Positions 51,215-64,000 of a stretch of DNA of 64,000 nt are shown here, one piece after another. Source of the DNA: Felis catus (lineage: Eukaryota); the NCBI RefSeq assembly GCF_018350175.1, contig NC_058368.1, forward strand, positions 146,012,001 through 146,076,000, in the 5' to 3' direction. Numbering within the stretch: the first letter of the stretch is position 1; every line of letters begins with the position of its first letter. The translations under genes and the position numbers were made by a program. The notes under the pieces are model-generated. The model searched no databases. It was not told where the DNA came from and was given only the letters and a program-made list of their open reading frames with translations.

Positions 51215-51440
51215 GGATACCAAGTTTGGAATCAGATGAGTCTAATCTTAATCCTCACTACCTGCCAGCTGGTACTCTTAGACAAGCTACTTGGCCTCTC
51301 TGTGCCTCATATTAAAAATTGAGATAATAAAACTTACTTTATACGGTTGTTGTATTAGTTGAATTAACTGACACCCAGAGGTTAAAAAAAGCTGTCTCAC
51401 ATAGGTGGCATTCAGTAAATATTAGCTTAATTATTCATAA
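51215..51440 (+). mobile_element. MIR SINE
   Basis: tttggaatcaga...cctctctgtgcctca...ttcagtaaatattagc. Confidence 0.75.
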
Positions 51441-52734
51441 TACCACTTTCCTTTGTTTTCCTCTAATTCGGATCACTGACTCATAATTTTTTTCATGGGT
51501 ACCAGTTTCTTCACTTTTCCCATAAAACCTATGTCCTCGTCTCTTCTTACTCTACACACTCATCTTACATGATCTCATTCACCCTATACTTTCACATACA
51601 ATCAAGAGCTGAAACCTCCCCAGGCTGAGTCTCCAGCCAGACCTCTCTCTGGAGCTCCAAGCTCTCTCTCCAACTCCTTGCTGCAAAACTCCCCTTAGTT
51701 GTACCTTGAGTACCTCAATTGAATATGTTTACAGAGGAAGTCATCAGCCCCTTTACTAGACCTTCAACCACCAGAGGTGAGGGCATTCCATTCAAGGCAA
51801 CATGGCATGGTTACCACAGTAGGGGTGCCTACTGGATGGTGACTGTCCTCCAGCTCACTTCCAGTATAGGGTGGCCACAGGTGGGCAAGGAGACTTCATC
51901 TAAGAAGGTACGTTTAGCTAAGATTTTTACACACCTTGCTTATAATTTTGGTTTCCATTCTATTGGGAATGGGAAATCACTGAAAATTTCTCATTAGAGC
52001 GGCTCCTAAAAAAAATAGTATCATATGTTTCTGCCTCTCACGTCAGTTAGCTATTAGGCATTAATGATATCGTGGATGAACTCAGTCTCTCCCTTCTATA
52101 CATGTCTGTCAAGACCAATGAAAGCGCCTGCTGCTGTCAGATTTTCTATGAATGGGCTGTAAATGCCCAAGGTGTGGACATGAATCCTTTCCACCATGGA
52201 AACCTGAAGACCAGCCGATCTTGCTCCCTGCCTCTTTCTGAAACCTCTGCTGAAATGAGATAATGCAGTTCCAATTGCAGGACATCAGGGCAGTCCAACA
52301 GCTGCTGTTTCATGGCCAGTTATACCGCGCTATTCAAAGCTGTACCTAGGAAGGTATTTTTCACAGATTTCCTGAGTTATGGTAGCAGTTTAACAGGAGT
52401 CGTCTCAATAGTTAGTAAGGTCTGATTGCTTCTGTGATCTGTGTATTAATGAAGCAAAAGTCCCAAGGCTAGGGCCCAGGCTGGACACTCCTGTGGGAAA
52501 ACTTGACACTCCTGTGTGATTCTAGAGAGTTGGCAGCACAGGCAGATGCAGGTCGGAGAAAGCATCCCCATCCAAGACCATCATCTATCACAGTGTATTT
52601 TAACGCAGGGCAAAAGAGGATCACAGCCACTATGGGGATGGAGGGCATGAACATCCACAGCCAGCAAGAGTAATTTCTGACTGGTACATGCTGAACACAC
52701 AAAAAGTACTCAGGAAGAACCCTGTTATTCACAC

Positions 52735-52850
52735 TTCTTCATTCAACAACTATTTAGCACCTACTATATACCAAACACTCTTCTAGATTCCAGTATATAC
52801 CAGTGAACACACACAGAAGTCCCACGCTCATGGAATTTATATCCCATTGC
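52735..52850 (-). mobile_element. L2 3' end
   Basis: cattcaacaactatttagcacctacta...cagtgaaca...ctcatggaatttata. Confidence 0.75.
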
Positions 52851-54684
52851 ACTAAGAAGGGATTTGAGACCTGAGAGAAAGTTAGGTTGGAAATTTTTAT
52901 TTAGCTGTCTTACTGACATCAAATTTCATAATGATATATCTATGCTCTGGTATTAAAACTAACAAAAAAGTACACACACACATATACACACACACCTATA
53001 TATGTATATATAATTAACAACACCACTCCCCTCATCCCACATGTATTTCTACGAGTGAGAAGGTATTCTCTCAGATGGTGTCACAGTTGAAAAGAAAAGC
53101 AGATGGTGCTTCTAGAGGAGGCAGCTTGCTTGCTGAAATGTCATGGATATACAGAAATAAAAGCGAAAATGAAAGGCAAAAAAATATTCTCATTTGAATA
53201 ATGAACTGTCTCATGTTTCCTCAGAGACACACAGCTCAGATAATGAAAAGAAACACTCTCAGACCCTTTGTTCTGTGTTTATAACAAAATTCAAACCACA
53301 TGTCTGTCATGTAACAAGCCACTCTGGATAATTTCTTGAAGAATAATAATCATTGTGTGATGGAACCACTTGTAAAATCCAGAAGGTACCCCAGAGAAGC
53401 TGGCACTCATAGTAAACCATCCAAGGGGTAATTTGTGGAAACAATGATACCCTGAGCATTGCGATGAACTTTAAAACAATTGCTCACACACAAAAGGAAA
53501 CTAATGGCTGAGCCCGCTCTCCACCCCAGCTTCCTGTCACTATTCATTTTTTAGTGTTCCCCATAGTGGAAGGAAGCCCTCAGGACTCATGGCAGCAGAT
53601 AGTTCAAAATGATGCCTAGGAAGCTTTTATAATTATTATTATGTTAAATACATAATTTGGTTGCTTTGTTCTGTGACTATATGTGCTTATTTCAGCCTCA
53701 TAATAGTCGCCAGATTCTACTGCATGATTTGTATCCTGCAGTGAAATGCACAGACCACAAGTTTTCTTTTCTTTGCTGGCTGTTACACCAGCACTGTGCA
53801 TGCCAACAACGCCTGCCATTGTCTCCTGAGGGCTTTGTGCAGCCTAAAGTGACAAAAGGGAATTACTTTAGACAAATCAACAGAATGTAATTACAGGTAA
53901 GGAGTTTGGTTTCACATTCTCTCAAAGTCTTTGAGGTCTGGGATGCATTTTGACTCAACAACCAATTGTACTGGTTTTAAGATCAGTTGCTTACTTAAAG
54001 CTATTACATTCAGATTTCACATGAGCCCAGAGACCCACCTGCAAAGCCTGCCCAAAGTTTAGTGTCTTCCCAACTACCTTCTGGAACAGGGAAAATCGGT
54101 CAAGAAAGATTAGGTGAGAAATATTGGAGATGTGACCTTTAGCACTTTCGGGGTTGACTAGAACCAAATTGTCAAGGCGCCCGGGACCCCAGCAATGCGG
54201 AAGAGGACCAACCATTGCATAAACCTCTCTGAGGACCTTCCCACCCTGAGCTCCCTCCTCCCAAAGCTGCTTCTGGGAACAAAGTAATTTACCTGCTGCT
54301 CAGAAACAAATCACCCTACATCTGAACAGACAGAGCAGACACTTCTTTTACAGAGAAGGTAAGATACCTTAAAAGCAACGTGGGCCTGCAAGAAAAGAGG
54401 TTTGGAAAATCGATTGTTTTCCCTTAACAGTTATTTAATTGAATAGCCAGAGGCCAATTGTTAGGCTTTGAAAACAATTCAGAAGCTGTAGAAATCCTTT
54501 GATTGTAACCTCCCTTGCCCAGACTTTGGTCTTAAGAGAAAGAAAACTCACTTCAATTAGAGTCAGCAAATAATGGTTCTATTAAGGTTCTCAACAAGGG
54601 CAGATGAATCAAAGTCATCAGGAAGCAGCCAGTAGCAGAGCATTGCAGTCTGACAAATCCTGATTTTAAAAATCAGGCCTCTGT

Positions 54685-55620
54685 CCTAGATAGTGGAAAA
54701 ATCAGACAACACATTGACCAGATGGTCACAATTAAAGTGATCAAGGAAAGGCGGATGGTCTGTGGGTGCCTCTGGGTGCAATATCCTGAGGAGCACACAA
54801 CCTCACCCAGGTAGTCCTCTGACAGGATACGCATAAACTGAATCCAATCATGGGGAAACAGCAGGAAAAAAAAAAAAAAAGGAGCATTATATTTAAAAGG
54901 GAGGAATGAGGCAGGAAGCTCCAAAATGGAATTGTGGTTAAAGTCAATAAAAGGCTGAGGCACTTTTCCAAACTCAAATAAATTAAAGAGACATGAAGGA
55001 GTGCCTGGGTGGCTGGTCGGTTGAGCGTCCGACTTCGGCTCAGGTAATGATCTCGAGGTTCATAGGTTCACGCCACATGTTGGCTGTGTGCTGACAGCTC
55101 AGAGCCTGGAGCCTGGTTCCTATTCTGTGTCTCCCTCTCTCTCTGTCCCTCCCCTGCTTGTGCGCACTCTCTCTCTCTCTCAAAAATAAATAAACATTAA
55201 AAAAAATTTTAATTGGTCACTAAAACCAAATACAACATGTGATCTTAGACTGGATCCTGTATGGAGGGGGAAATGCTATAAATATCATTATTGGGTTAAT
55301 TGGAAAAATTGAAATATTAGAGATTGAAGTATTCAATGTTAAATGCCTTGAAGTTGATAACTGCATTGTGGTTACATAAGAGAATGTCCTTGTTCTCAGG
55401 AGATATGCACGAAAGTATTTAGAAGTAAAAAGATATATATACAGATATGGGGCATATATACACATACACAGAGGGGGGTTGGTGGGAGGGAGGAAAAGAG
55501 AAAGGAAAAGTAACTGGGGCAAATATGACCCATAGGGGAATCTTGGTAAAGCATATAAGGATATATTTTGTACTATTCATGCAGCTCCATTGTAAGTTTC
55601 AAATGATTTCTAAAAAAATA
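54685..55620 (+). mobile_element. Old L1MC/MD-like 3' region interrupted by a SINE
   Basis: ctgaatccaatcatggggaaaca...aaagagacatga | tgtgatcttagactggatcctg...gagaatgtccttgttct. Confidence 0.8.
54998..55206 (+). mobile_element. Can-SINE (SINEC_Fc2-like)
   Basis: Typical head, body and tail; no clear TSD. Confidence 0.95.
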
Positions 55621-56052
55621 GCTGTTTTTTTTTTTTAAAAAGCTTTTAGGATGTATCCCAAGGTGTTCTTTAATAGGAGGCAAATTATGATTTCTCTATA
55701 TATTCTATTCTCTTTTAGAATCTTCACAGATTAGGGGCGATTAAATGATAAAGGAGAATATATATGGCATCCAGCACCAACTGAAACCTATATAAAAGGT
55801 TAAATGAGCCTATTTTATGATCATGATCTTTGGCTAAGAAAGTATTTGAAAGACATTTACTAAATTTTAAAAAGTGAAATCAATAATTCTAAAATAGAGT
55901 GTTTAGTAAACGTAAATCAGTTTCTAAACTTAAAAAAATCAGGCTTCCTTCAACGTCTTGTCCAAGATAGGCAATCTCTCTGGGCCCTCGTTCCATTGAA
56001 GTAAAATGGGAATAATACTCCCTGAGCTTTTTCTAAGGCTACCTATATGAGA

Positions 56053-56750
<698 letters not shown>

Positions 56751-57640
56751 GAAGGGTTTACAATGTAAGTTGTAAAGTTAACTTAAGTGTCCTCTGTAAA
56801 TGTGAAGCATTTGCCACAATTCCTGGCACTGAGTGGGTGCTTACTAATTTTTTCCCCCTCCATTTAGCATGGCTCTCTGCAAAGCTGTGTTCTTGCCACT
56901 GAACATCCTGGGTATGAAAATGTAATATATGATTTCTCTTTTCAGAGAGTTTACAATCCACATGTACAAGATGAGGGATACTAACATACTAACCAAAAAA
57001 TACATAACCTAAAAATATCAGTACAAGGTGGTATGTTAAGTACTCAACTAGGGACACTGATTTGGGGCATTTAGAATAGTGGTTTCCAAGACATGGTCTC
57101 TTGTTGATGGGTGGAGAGAGTAAATAATTATAAGGGTTTGGGAATCTAAATGTTCATCAAGCATTAACCATAGGCTTTAGTCTGTAAAGGCAATGAATAA
57201 CACATAGTATAATAAATATACACCCTGAGCGCATGCACATTTGTTGGTGGTAAAACAGCCTCCAGCAAAGAGACTTCCTTTGCAGATGGACTGGGTGGTC
57301 CAGCACCCCTTAGTCCCTGCCATGTACAATCATAAGCCAAAATTTCCATCAATCAGCCCAGAAGCAAGAGCGTGGCAGCTGTCCCCTCCAGCTATTTGCT
57401 CTGGGCCGTCCATGAGTAGTCGTGTTACATCCTGGGCTCCACGTCCGGGAATAAGTTCCTACAGAAGCGCTAAGTACTCTTGGGGAGCCATCCCCCACTA
57501 CCTCGATCTCCCCAAGGCAGGTCTGAGTCACTGGTGAGCAAGCCTGTCGTGGGAAGTCCAGTCTCCCACTCATGGCCACACTGTTGGCATCCCCAGATAA
57601 CTCACAATCTCCTCAAGCCTCTAGCAGCATGATTACCTAC

Positions 57641-57823
57641 CTGTGTGACCTGACTGTGGAAGTCACAGGAAGCAGCCTGGCAGTCAGAGGGGCAAAGGAA
57701 ACAGCTGGGGGTCTGCTCCTGAGCCACAGCCACCAGCCACCATCCTGGTGAGGCATTAGACACATCAGAGTCTTTGATTAAGCAGGCTGCAGTGAGCAGA
57801 GAAGTAGTCAGGGTCTTTTTATA
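57641..57823 (-). promoter_or_regulatory. Candidate Pol II core promoter and first exon
   Basis: TATAAAAAG (57823-57815), Inr ctCAct with A at 57793, donor CAG/GTAGGT at 57641/57640; motif evidence only. Confidence 0.45.
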
Positions 57824-58224
57824 TTGAAACACCAAAAAGGAAGCCAAGGGTACCCCACTGTTACTTTTCAAGTCACCCTGGAGCTTTTCTGATACAACCA
57901 CCAAAAGTAAAGTAGTAAAATTAAAGATAAATTAATAAACTAAAACTATATCACTGGTATTTGTAAAATGTTAGGTACAAATTGAAGTATTACTAAATTC
58001 ATTGTAGCTCTTGTTATTATGTATTTCACTCAAAACTAATATTAAACGGACAGCCATTGTTACAATACATCACTGAAATGCTTTTTATGTTTTTAAGATA
58101 TCAAACTGGAAAAAGTTAAGAACCTCTGATTTTGGAGTTTTTAAACTGGAAATGATCACTACTCCTTTAACCCTCCCCACCCCGGCAGGTGTTCCTTATG
58201 TTTTTTTGAGATTCATTTAGGCAA

Positions 58225-58890
58225 CAATAGTCCCCACCTAGCCTGGGGGGATTTGTTCTAAGGCTCCTAGTGAATGGCTGCAAACCACAGATAGTACTGA
58301 AGCTTATATATACTCTGTTTTTTCCTATACCTACATGATAAAGTTTAATTTATAAATTAGACACAATAAGAGATGAACAACAAAAACTAATGATAAAATA
58401 GAACAATTATATCAATATACTGTAATAAAAGTGATGTGAATATGGTCTCAGTCTCAAAATAACTTATTGTACTGGGGACACCTGTGTGGCTCAGTCGGTT
58501 AAGCATCTGACTCTTGATTTTGGCTCGGGTCATGATTTCATGGTTTGTGAGATTGAGCGCTGTGTCAGGCTCTGGGATAACAGTGTGGAACCTGCTAGGA
58601 ATTCTGTCTCTCCTGCTCTCTCGAGATGCCTCTCCCCTGCCTGCTCTGTTTCTCTCAAAATAAATAAACTTAAAAATAACTTATTGTGCTGTACTCACCC
58701 TTCTTCTTGTGATGATGGGAGATGATAAAATGCCTGAATGGTGATGAGATGAAGGAAGGTTAATGACGTAGGCATCATGATGTAGCGTTAGGCTATTATT
58801 GACCTTCTGAGAACATGTTAGAAGGAGGATCATGTGTTTCAGAACCACAGTTGTGCATGGATAATTTAAACCATGGCTAAGGGAATACTG
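58225..58890 (+). mobile_element. MER44-like TcMar-Tigger element interrupted by a SINE
   Basis: caatagtcccc...gatagtactga...aagtttaatttataaattag...gtactcacccttcttcttgtgatgatg...taagggaatactg. Confidence 0.9.
58474..58672 (+). mobile_element. Can-SINE (older type) inside MER44
   Basis: TSD aaaataacttattgt(a/g)ct at 58456-58473 and 58673-58690. Confidence 0.96.
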
Positions 58891-59379
58891 TGGCACTTCA
58901 TTCTCATGCTGCTGCTCTACGTACTGTGCACCTTCTACTGGAACTTATATTTTAAAAAGTACTCAGGAAAGGGAAAGATGACCCCTGGAACAGTCTTTCT
59001 CTCTTAGGAGCTTGTGCTGCCAGATCCTCCCTGCTCAGCTTCCAGTGAGAATACTGGCCTGAGCCTCAGAGCATCGACTCTTCTCTCTGGAACACAAAAG
59101 CACTATATCAAAACTCTTGGGTTAAAGACACATCTTACCAAGGTGCAAGTTTCCACTAACAAATCAAGAACTGTATGTGTGAATTTTCTGAGGAAGAACA
59201 TCTATTTTCCCTCATTTCCCACTCTCAAGAGAGCAAGGTGATGTTTTTCCTATAAAGACAATATCCTCTTTCTTTTATTCTCTTGAGGGGATTTGGAATT
59301 TGACTTTTTCCAAATTCTAACTCTTGTCACTTAATAATCACATGACCTCAAGCCATATTTTACCCATCTGTAAAAATGG

Positions 59380-59417
59380 CACACACACAAACACACACAC
59401 ACACACACACACACACA
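59380..59417. repeat. (CA)n microsatellite within a MIR fragment
   Basis: Follows catctgtaaaaatgg; gtaaaatg recurs after it. Confidence 0.92.
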
Positions 59418-59639
59418 TATGTAAAATGAAGGATAGATATTTATCTTTATACCATCAAATACACATATTTAGTATTCAATAAACTACTGAATGAGCAAAA
59501 GAAGAATAAATAAATAAATTCCTAAATATCTATGTTCCAATCAAGCTAGACCATTATCTTCTTTAAAGCTATAGAACTAAAACCTTGAGTTGCAAATATA
59601 GTTGGAGTGGTCTTGGATGATGTGGAGAAGACACTCTCT

Positions 59640-60050
59640 TAGACTGGAAACCTCCAGCTATTCCATTGTTGATACATGTTTCAAAGAATTTATCACACAG
59701 ACCCAAGAGGATATGTACAAGGATGTCCACTGCAGCATTATATACGGTGGCAGAGAGACCAAGCAGCCTGGGTATCTAGCACTGTGACAATGTGGTATAT
59801 ACACATCAGGGGTGTAACTGTTAGCAGGGGTGGATCCAATATATGCATAGCAATATTAATATATCTTAAGGCTATGGTGCTTAAGGGCAAAAGGCAAAAC
59901 ATACACAAATTTATATACAGGCGCACAAAACAATACTCATCTTGCAAGAAAACTGCCAACAAAAGAGTCACAATAAAAGCATTAGAGAGATTGATTATGG
60001 GATGGAAAGAAATGACTAACAGGAAAGACGATAAAGGGGAGTGGAGAAAG
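59640..60050 (+). mobile_element. Old L1M(E) 3' fragment
   Basis: ccagctattcca...atgtacaaggatgtccactgcagcatt...aatgtggtatatacac. Confidence 0.65.
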
Positions 60051-61043
60051 AAGGAAGAGAGGAAAGAGGAAAGAAGATACATTGCTTGCAACAATGATTA
60101 TTATGTTTCATGAAGTGAACTTAAAGGTATAAGTAATTGTCCATTCTGCAATGAGGTCAGAAAAGAAGAAATAAAGAAATAGGAAGTAAGCCTGTGTGAA
60201 GTAGTTCTCAAACTTTTTTCTGCCCCCACAGAGTTCCAGTATACTTCTGTCAGGACGCTAATTCTCCAGAGACTACAGGGGAGGAGTGGAGGAAGATGGC
60301 AGGTCACCCATGTCTGAAGGTACATATTTAATCTATTTAAACAGAGCTAAGTCTTTCCTTGTGTTGAGTTTAGATGCTTTTTTAAATAAACTGATTGTTG
60401 TTGCCTAAGTTTAAGGCTGTGAACCATCCAAGTAAGCAGTCATGGAAGCCATTGCCTTTCATTTTTTTTACTTCCTTTTATAGAAGGCACGGTGAAAAGG
60501 GAGTGAAAATAAGGTTTATTATGGAGATGTTACAAAAACAATTTACCATTCCTTTTCACACAAAAGTAAAAAGTGATTGCAAGACATTAGTTTGTGCTGA
60601 TACTTCTTGGGTATTTCAAACCACCTGACACTGGCAATAAACATTAGTTGAACTGGTACCTGTTATAATTACACATATTGCTATATGTCATTTCTTCTTC
60701 CATAGAACAGATGGCAACTCTCCAGAAACTTTTGGTCTGTTAACACGCTAATATTCTTCACTAGAGAGGAGGATGAATTGTTGGGGTTTTTGTCCCCTCC
60801 CTTTCCTTTGAAATTATTTTCCATGTTTTTCATGGAACTTGGTAATATTCCAAAATTTTTCTAATCTAACATTGCAAGTTGTCAGAACAGATTTTCTTAC
60901 CCAGAATTTTTTTGACACTACACCTTTAATATCTATTCTACATAAATCCTTCTTTTCTTTTTGTATTATTTCTTTTGTTTCTTGAGAGTCTTTTTTGTCA
61001 TTTTCAGATCTATTGAGTTATCTCCAATTTTATAGACTTTCTT

Positions 61044-61290
61044 TTTTTTTTTATTTTTCTTTTTTTTTATTAAAAAAAATTTTTTTTCAATGTTTATTTA
61101 TTTTTGGGACAGAGAGAGACAGAGCATGAACAGGGGAGGGGCAGAGAGAGAGGGAGACACAGAATCAGAAACAGGCTCCAGGCTGTGAGCCATCAGCCCA
61201 GAGCCTGACGCGGGGCTCGAACTCACGGACCGCGAGATCGTGACCTGGCTGAAGTCGGACGCTTAACCGACTGAGCCACCCACGCGCCCC
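61044..61290 (-). mobile_element. Young Can-SINE (SINEC_Fc)
   Basis: TSD tagactttctt at 61033-61043 and 61291-61301; CpGs retained. Confidence 0.98.
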
Positions 61291-62078
61291 TAGACTTTCT
61301 TAAAATAGCTTCAAAATCCTACTTCCGGAAAAATTAAATCAGCGAAATCTTTTTGATAATTTCTGTCAAGTTATTTGCTTGGGGTTTGTGACTCACTAAT
61401 TTGAAAAACTCCTAAAAAGTTGGGTATTAGGACTTTGAGAAGGATTAACTTTTCTGCCTGAACTGGTTAGTAAATTCAAGTCAATGCAACCACTGAATTC
61501 TGATAACAAGTTTAAAGATTATGGGATTGTTTTGTTCTTTTTATAATATTGAGTGGCTGTCTTACCAAATTTACCAAAATACAGGGGTTTTATTTGTTTT
61601 GTTATGATTTCACTTCATTCTTGTCCATAATCATGTAACAACTACATGAAACTTAAAAGGGAAGCTTAAAATTAAACAATAATAGCAACTCAATAGGTGA
61701 AGGAGTCCCTTCTTCATGTAAACAGCTTATAAACTTTCCATGCTCACAAGGTGGCCTCATTGTCTTCTTTGTCTATTAGCGTGACCTACACAAAAATACC
61801 ACCCTGCATGTGCTCCATAATCTGTCTACATCATAGTGGCCTCCATATCTGAAGACCACCCTCCATATGGTTTCTGTGAAGTGACGGATTTGAGGATGTG
61901 AATAGAAACATACTTGTCTGAAAAGATGAAGAGTAAGGGCTGCTTACGGTATATTACAATAATAGGTCAATTCATTGTTCTTATTTTGTTCTGTGTTTTT
62001 TTGGTTGGTAGTTAATCTTCACGTGCAGTATAGTGTGCTCTAGGAATCTCTGGCTGTTGGCTCTGGGAGGGTGATTTA

Positions 62079-62222
62079 CAGCCCTGCTACCCAGTGTGGT
62101 GTGGGGACCAGCAACACGGGCATCTGTGGTTGTTTGTCAAACGTGTGGATCTCAGGCTCTAGTCGGCTTTTGAGCAGGATCTCCAGATAATTTGTGCACA
62201 CGTGTAAGCTGGAGAAGTGCTC
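62079..62222. mobile_element. MER5A-like hAT-Charlie relic
   Basis: ctgctacccagtgtggt...gaccagca...atctcaggc...gtgcacac...gagaagtgct. Confidence 0.65.
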
Positions 62223-64000
62223 TTCTCAGTGGTGATCTGACTGGCTTCTTCTTGCACTCCTGTTTCTAACATGACTTTAGTTTCCGGGACGAATTTTCTT
62301 TTTGTTTGTTTGTTTAAAATGATTATAACCCCACTGACAATATTTTTTTATTTCTGTAGACTTTCTCACTATAGGTGGTAACACAAAACCAAAAATATTT
62401 ACAATCCTTGAATTGACTTTCTCCATCAAGTTAATTAGATCAGTGCAGTCTCATATAAATGCAGGTACCTGAAGTCTGTCGTTAGAAACTGACCGTCTCT
62501 AAGATGAAACCTCATTATCGCCTCAGAGCTCATCCCAAACATGTCTGTTAATAGGTGTTAAGGTTATAAAAGCCAAAGGTTAAAAGTGAGTCAAGGAAAG
62601 AATGTCTTCAGGAAGGAGGAGCACTTTAGAATATTCTACCAATTCCCCTTTTGGTCCATGGAGACTTCATAGGTATTTTCAAGACAGATGGATCTGTCTG
62701 TTGGAATCTTTGCACAATAATTCTCCTTTCTTCCTTCCTTGAGTCTAGTTCAGCAGTTCACAAACTAGTGTGCTGAACAGTTGCTGTATAGCAATGGTTT
62801 GCAGCCAAATGCACCCTGCCCTCAATGGCCTAATGAGGGTATTTAAGGGTAGTTTTGGCTGCTTGAAATTTTTAACGTCTATGGTCATTTAAAACTGAAT
62901 CTCTCTATATAATTGGACTTTTTTTCCCAACATAAATAGCTGAAGCTCCTGAGTGTTTGTATCACATAATTAAATATTTAGGATTACTAGCTTATTTTGG
63001 CATCAATTTTGCCAATTTTTAAAACTGCACATGTTATATAGGTAAAATCACTGATAATGCAGGAAAAAAAACCACTCCGATATTAATACTCGATTATTTA
63101 GGTGGGATATAAAAAGAACATAACAAATTAAAAATGGGAAAATTGAGTCTGATATTCACCAGATAAAGTGCTATTCTTCTGTAAATAACGTCACCATAGC
63201 TATACAATGATAATTATGATTTAATTGCTGCATACTGTATTTTAGCATTATATTAACTTTGTGTGTTCCTAATTATTCTTTCAAGAATATGCATCGAAGA
63301 ATATATGCGGAATTCCATGTATACTATTTGCATTTATTAAAGACTCACTGCCTCATGGGGAGATGTGGGGATAGGTAGGAGTTTACCTTTGTGCTATTCC
63401 TGGATTGTACTATGTAAGGAGTAGAGAGCTGAACATCAAAGAGTGTGTGATTGTCTCAGAATAGTAGAGACAAGTCAAGTCGGTGCTCATGAGTTTGTAG
63501 AAATGTTAGCTATTTTGCAATATGAACCTTTTTGTTAATTTGGGTTTAAGGCTAACTAAGCATTGTGTAAATACATTGACGTGAGATTGCTGACAGAGTA
63601 GAAATGTTTTGTTTTCTGAAAATACCACAGACTGTTTCTGAAACATTGAGACCTTGGCATGGACCAAGTGTATTTTCCAAGCACCTTTCCCCTATTTAAA
63701 TATGAATACATATAGTCCACATGTTTCTGATTCATTTGCAACTAATTTATCAAAATTGGCAAGACCTATTTGCTAACCACAAGGTCTAAGGAGCCAGTTT
63801 TTTTAAAAAAGGGAAAAAAAAAGAAAGAAAGCCTTTTTTAAGTCTTCCTTTTGGGTCACTCAATTAATCAAGAGGGTATTCAGACTCTGATTATGAGAGT
63901 TTATTAAAAACTGAGGAGCCATTCAGTGTTTCCTTTCACTTGATTTTTTTTCTATTGATCTCCTTTGCCATTCTGAGAGGCTCCCTCTCCGCCTTTGTTT

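Noticed and set aside
59676..60113. 145-aa and 118-aa ORFs
   Set aside because: Lie in an old L1 fragment and a purine-rich tract

Overview
Mammalian, non-coding, repeat-rich DNA from a cat-family (felid) genome, judged from about 20 tRNA-derived Can-SINEs of the SINEC_Fc type and a feline-type L1 3' end. I found no intact recognisable protein-coding gene. The ORF track is explained by L1 fragments, SINEs, microsatellites and chance. Supported content: a decayed near-full-length carnivore L1 (about 1.7-7.9 kb), an old processed RPL5 pseudogene with both UTRs (about 18.97-19.94 kb), a young 5'-truncated L1, and older L1M, L2, MIR, MaLR/ERVL LTRs and DNA-transposon relics. Best observations: (1) the young L1 has been split by a roughly 0.97-kb local inversion, shown by its poly(A) tail and 15-bp target-site duplication (TSD) lying in reverse orientation at 23.4 kb; (2) a correctly spaced TATA, Inr and splice-donor unit on the minus strand at 57.6-57.8 kb; (3) two perfect NF-kB sites plus an octamer at about 49.0 kb; (4) SINE-associated deletions. 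I see no evidence for a new multi-gene system. Repeat family names come from recalled consensus similarity, not a database search, and the ends of old repeats are approximate.
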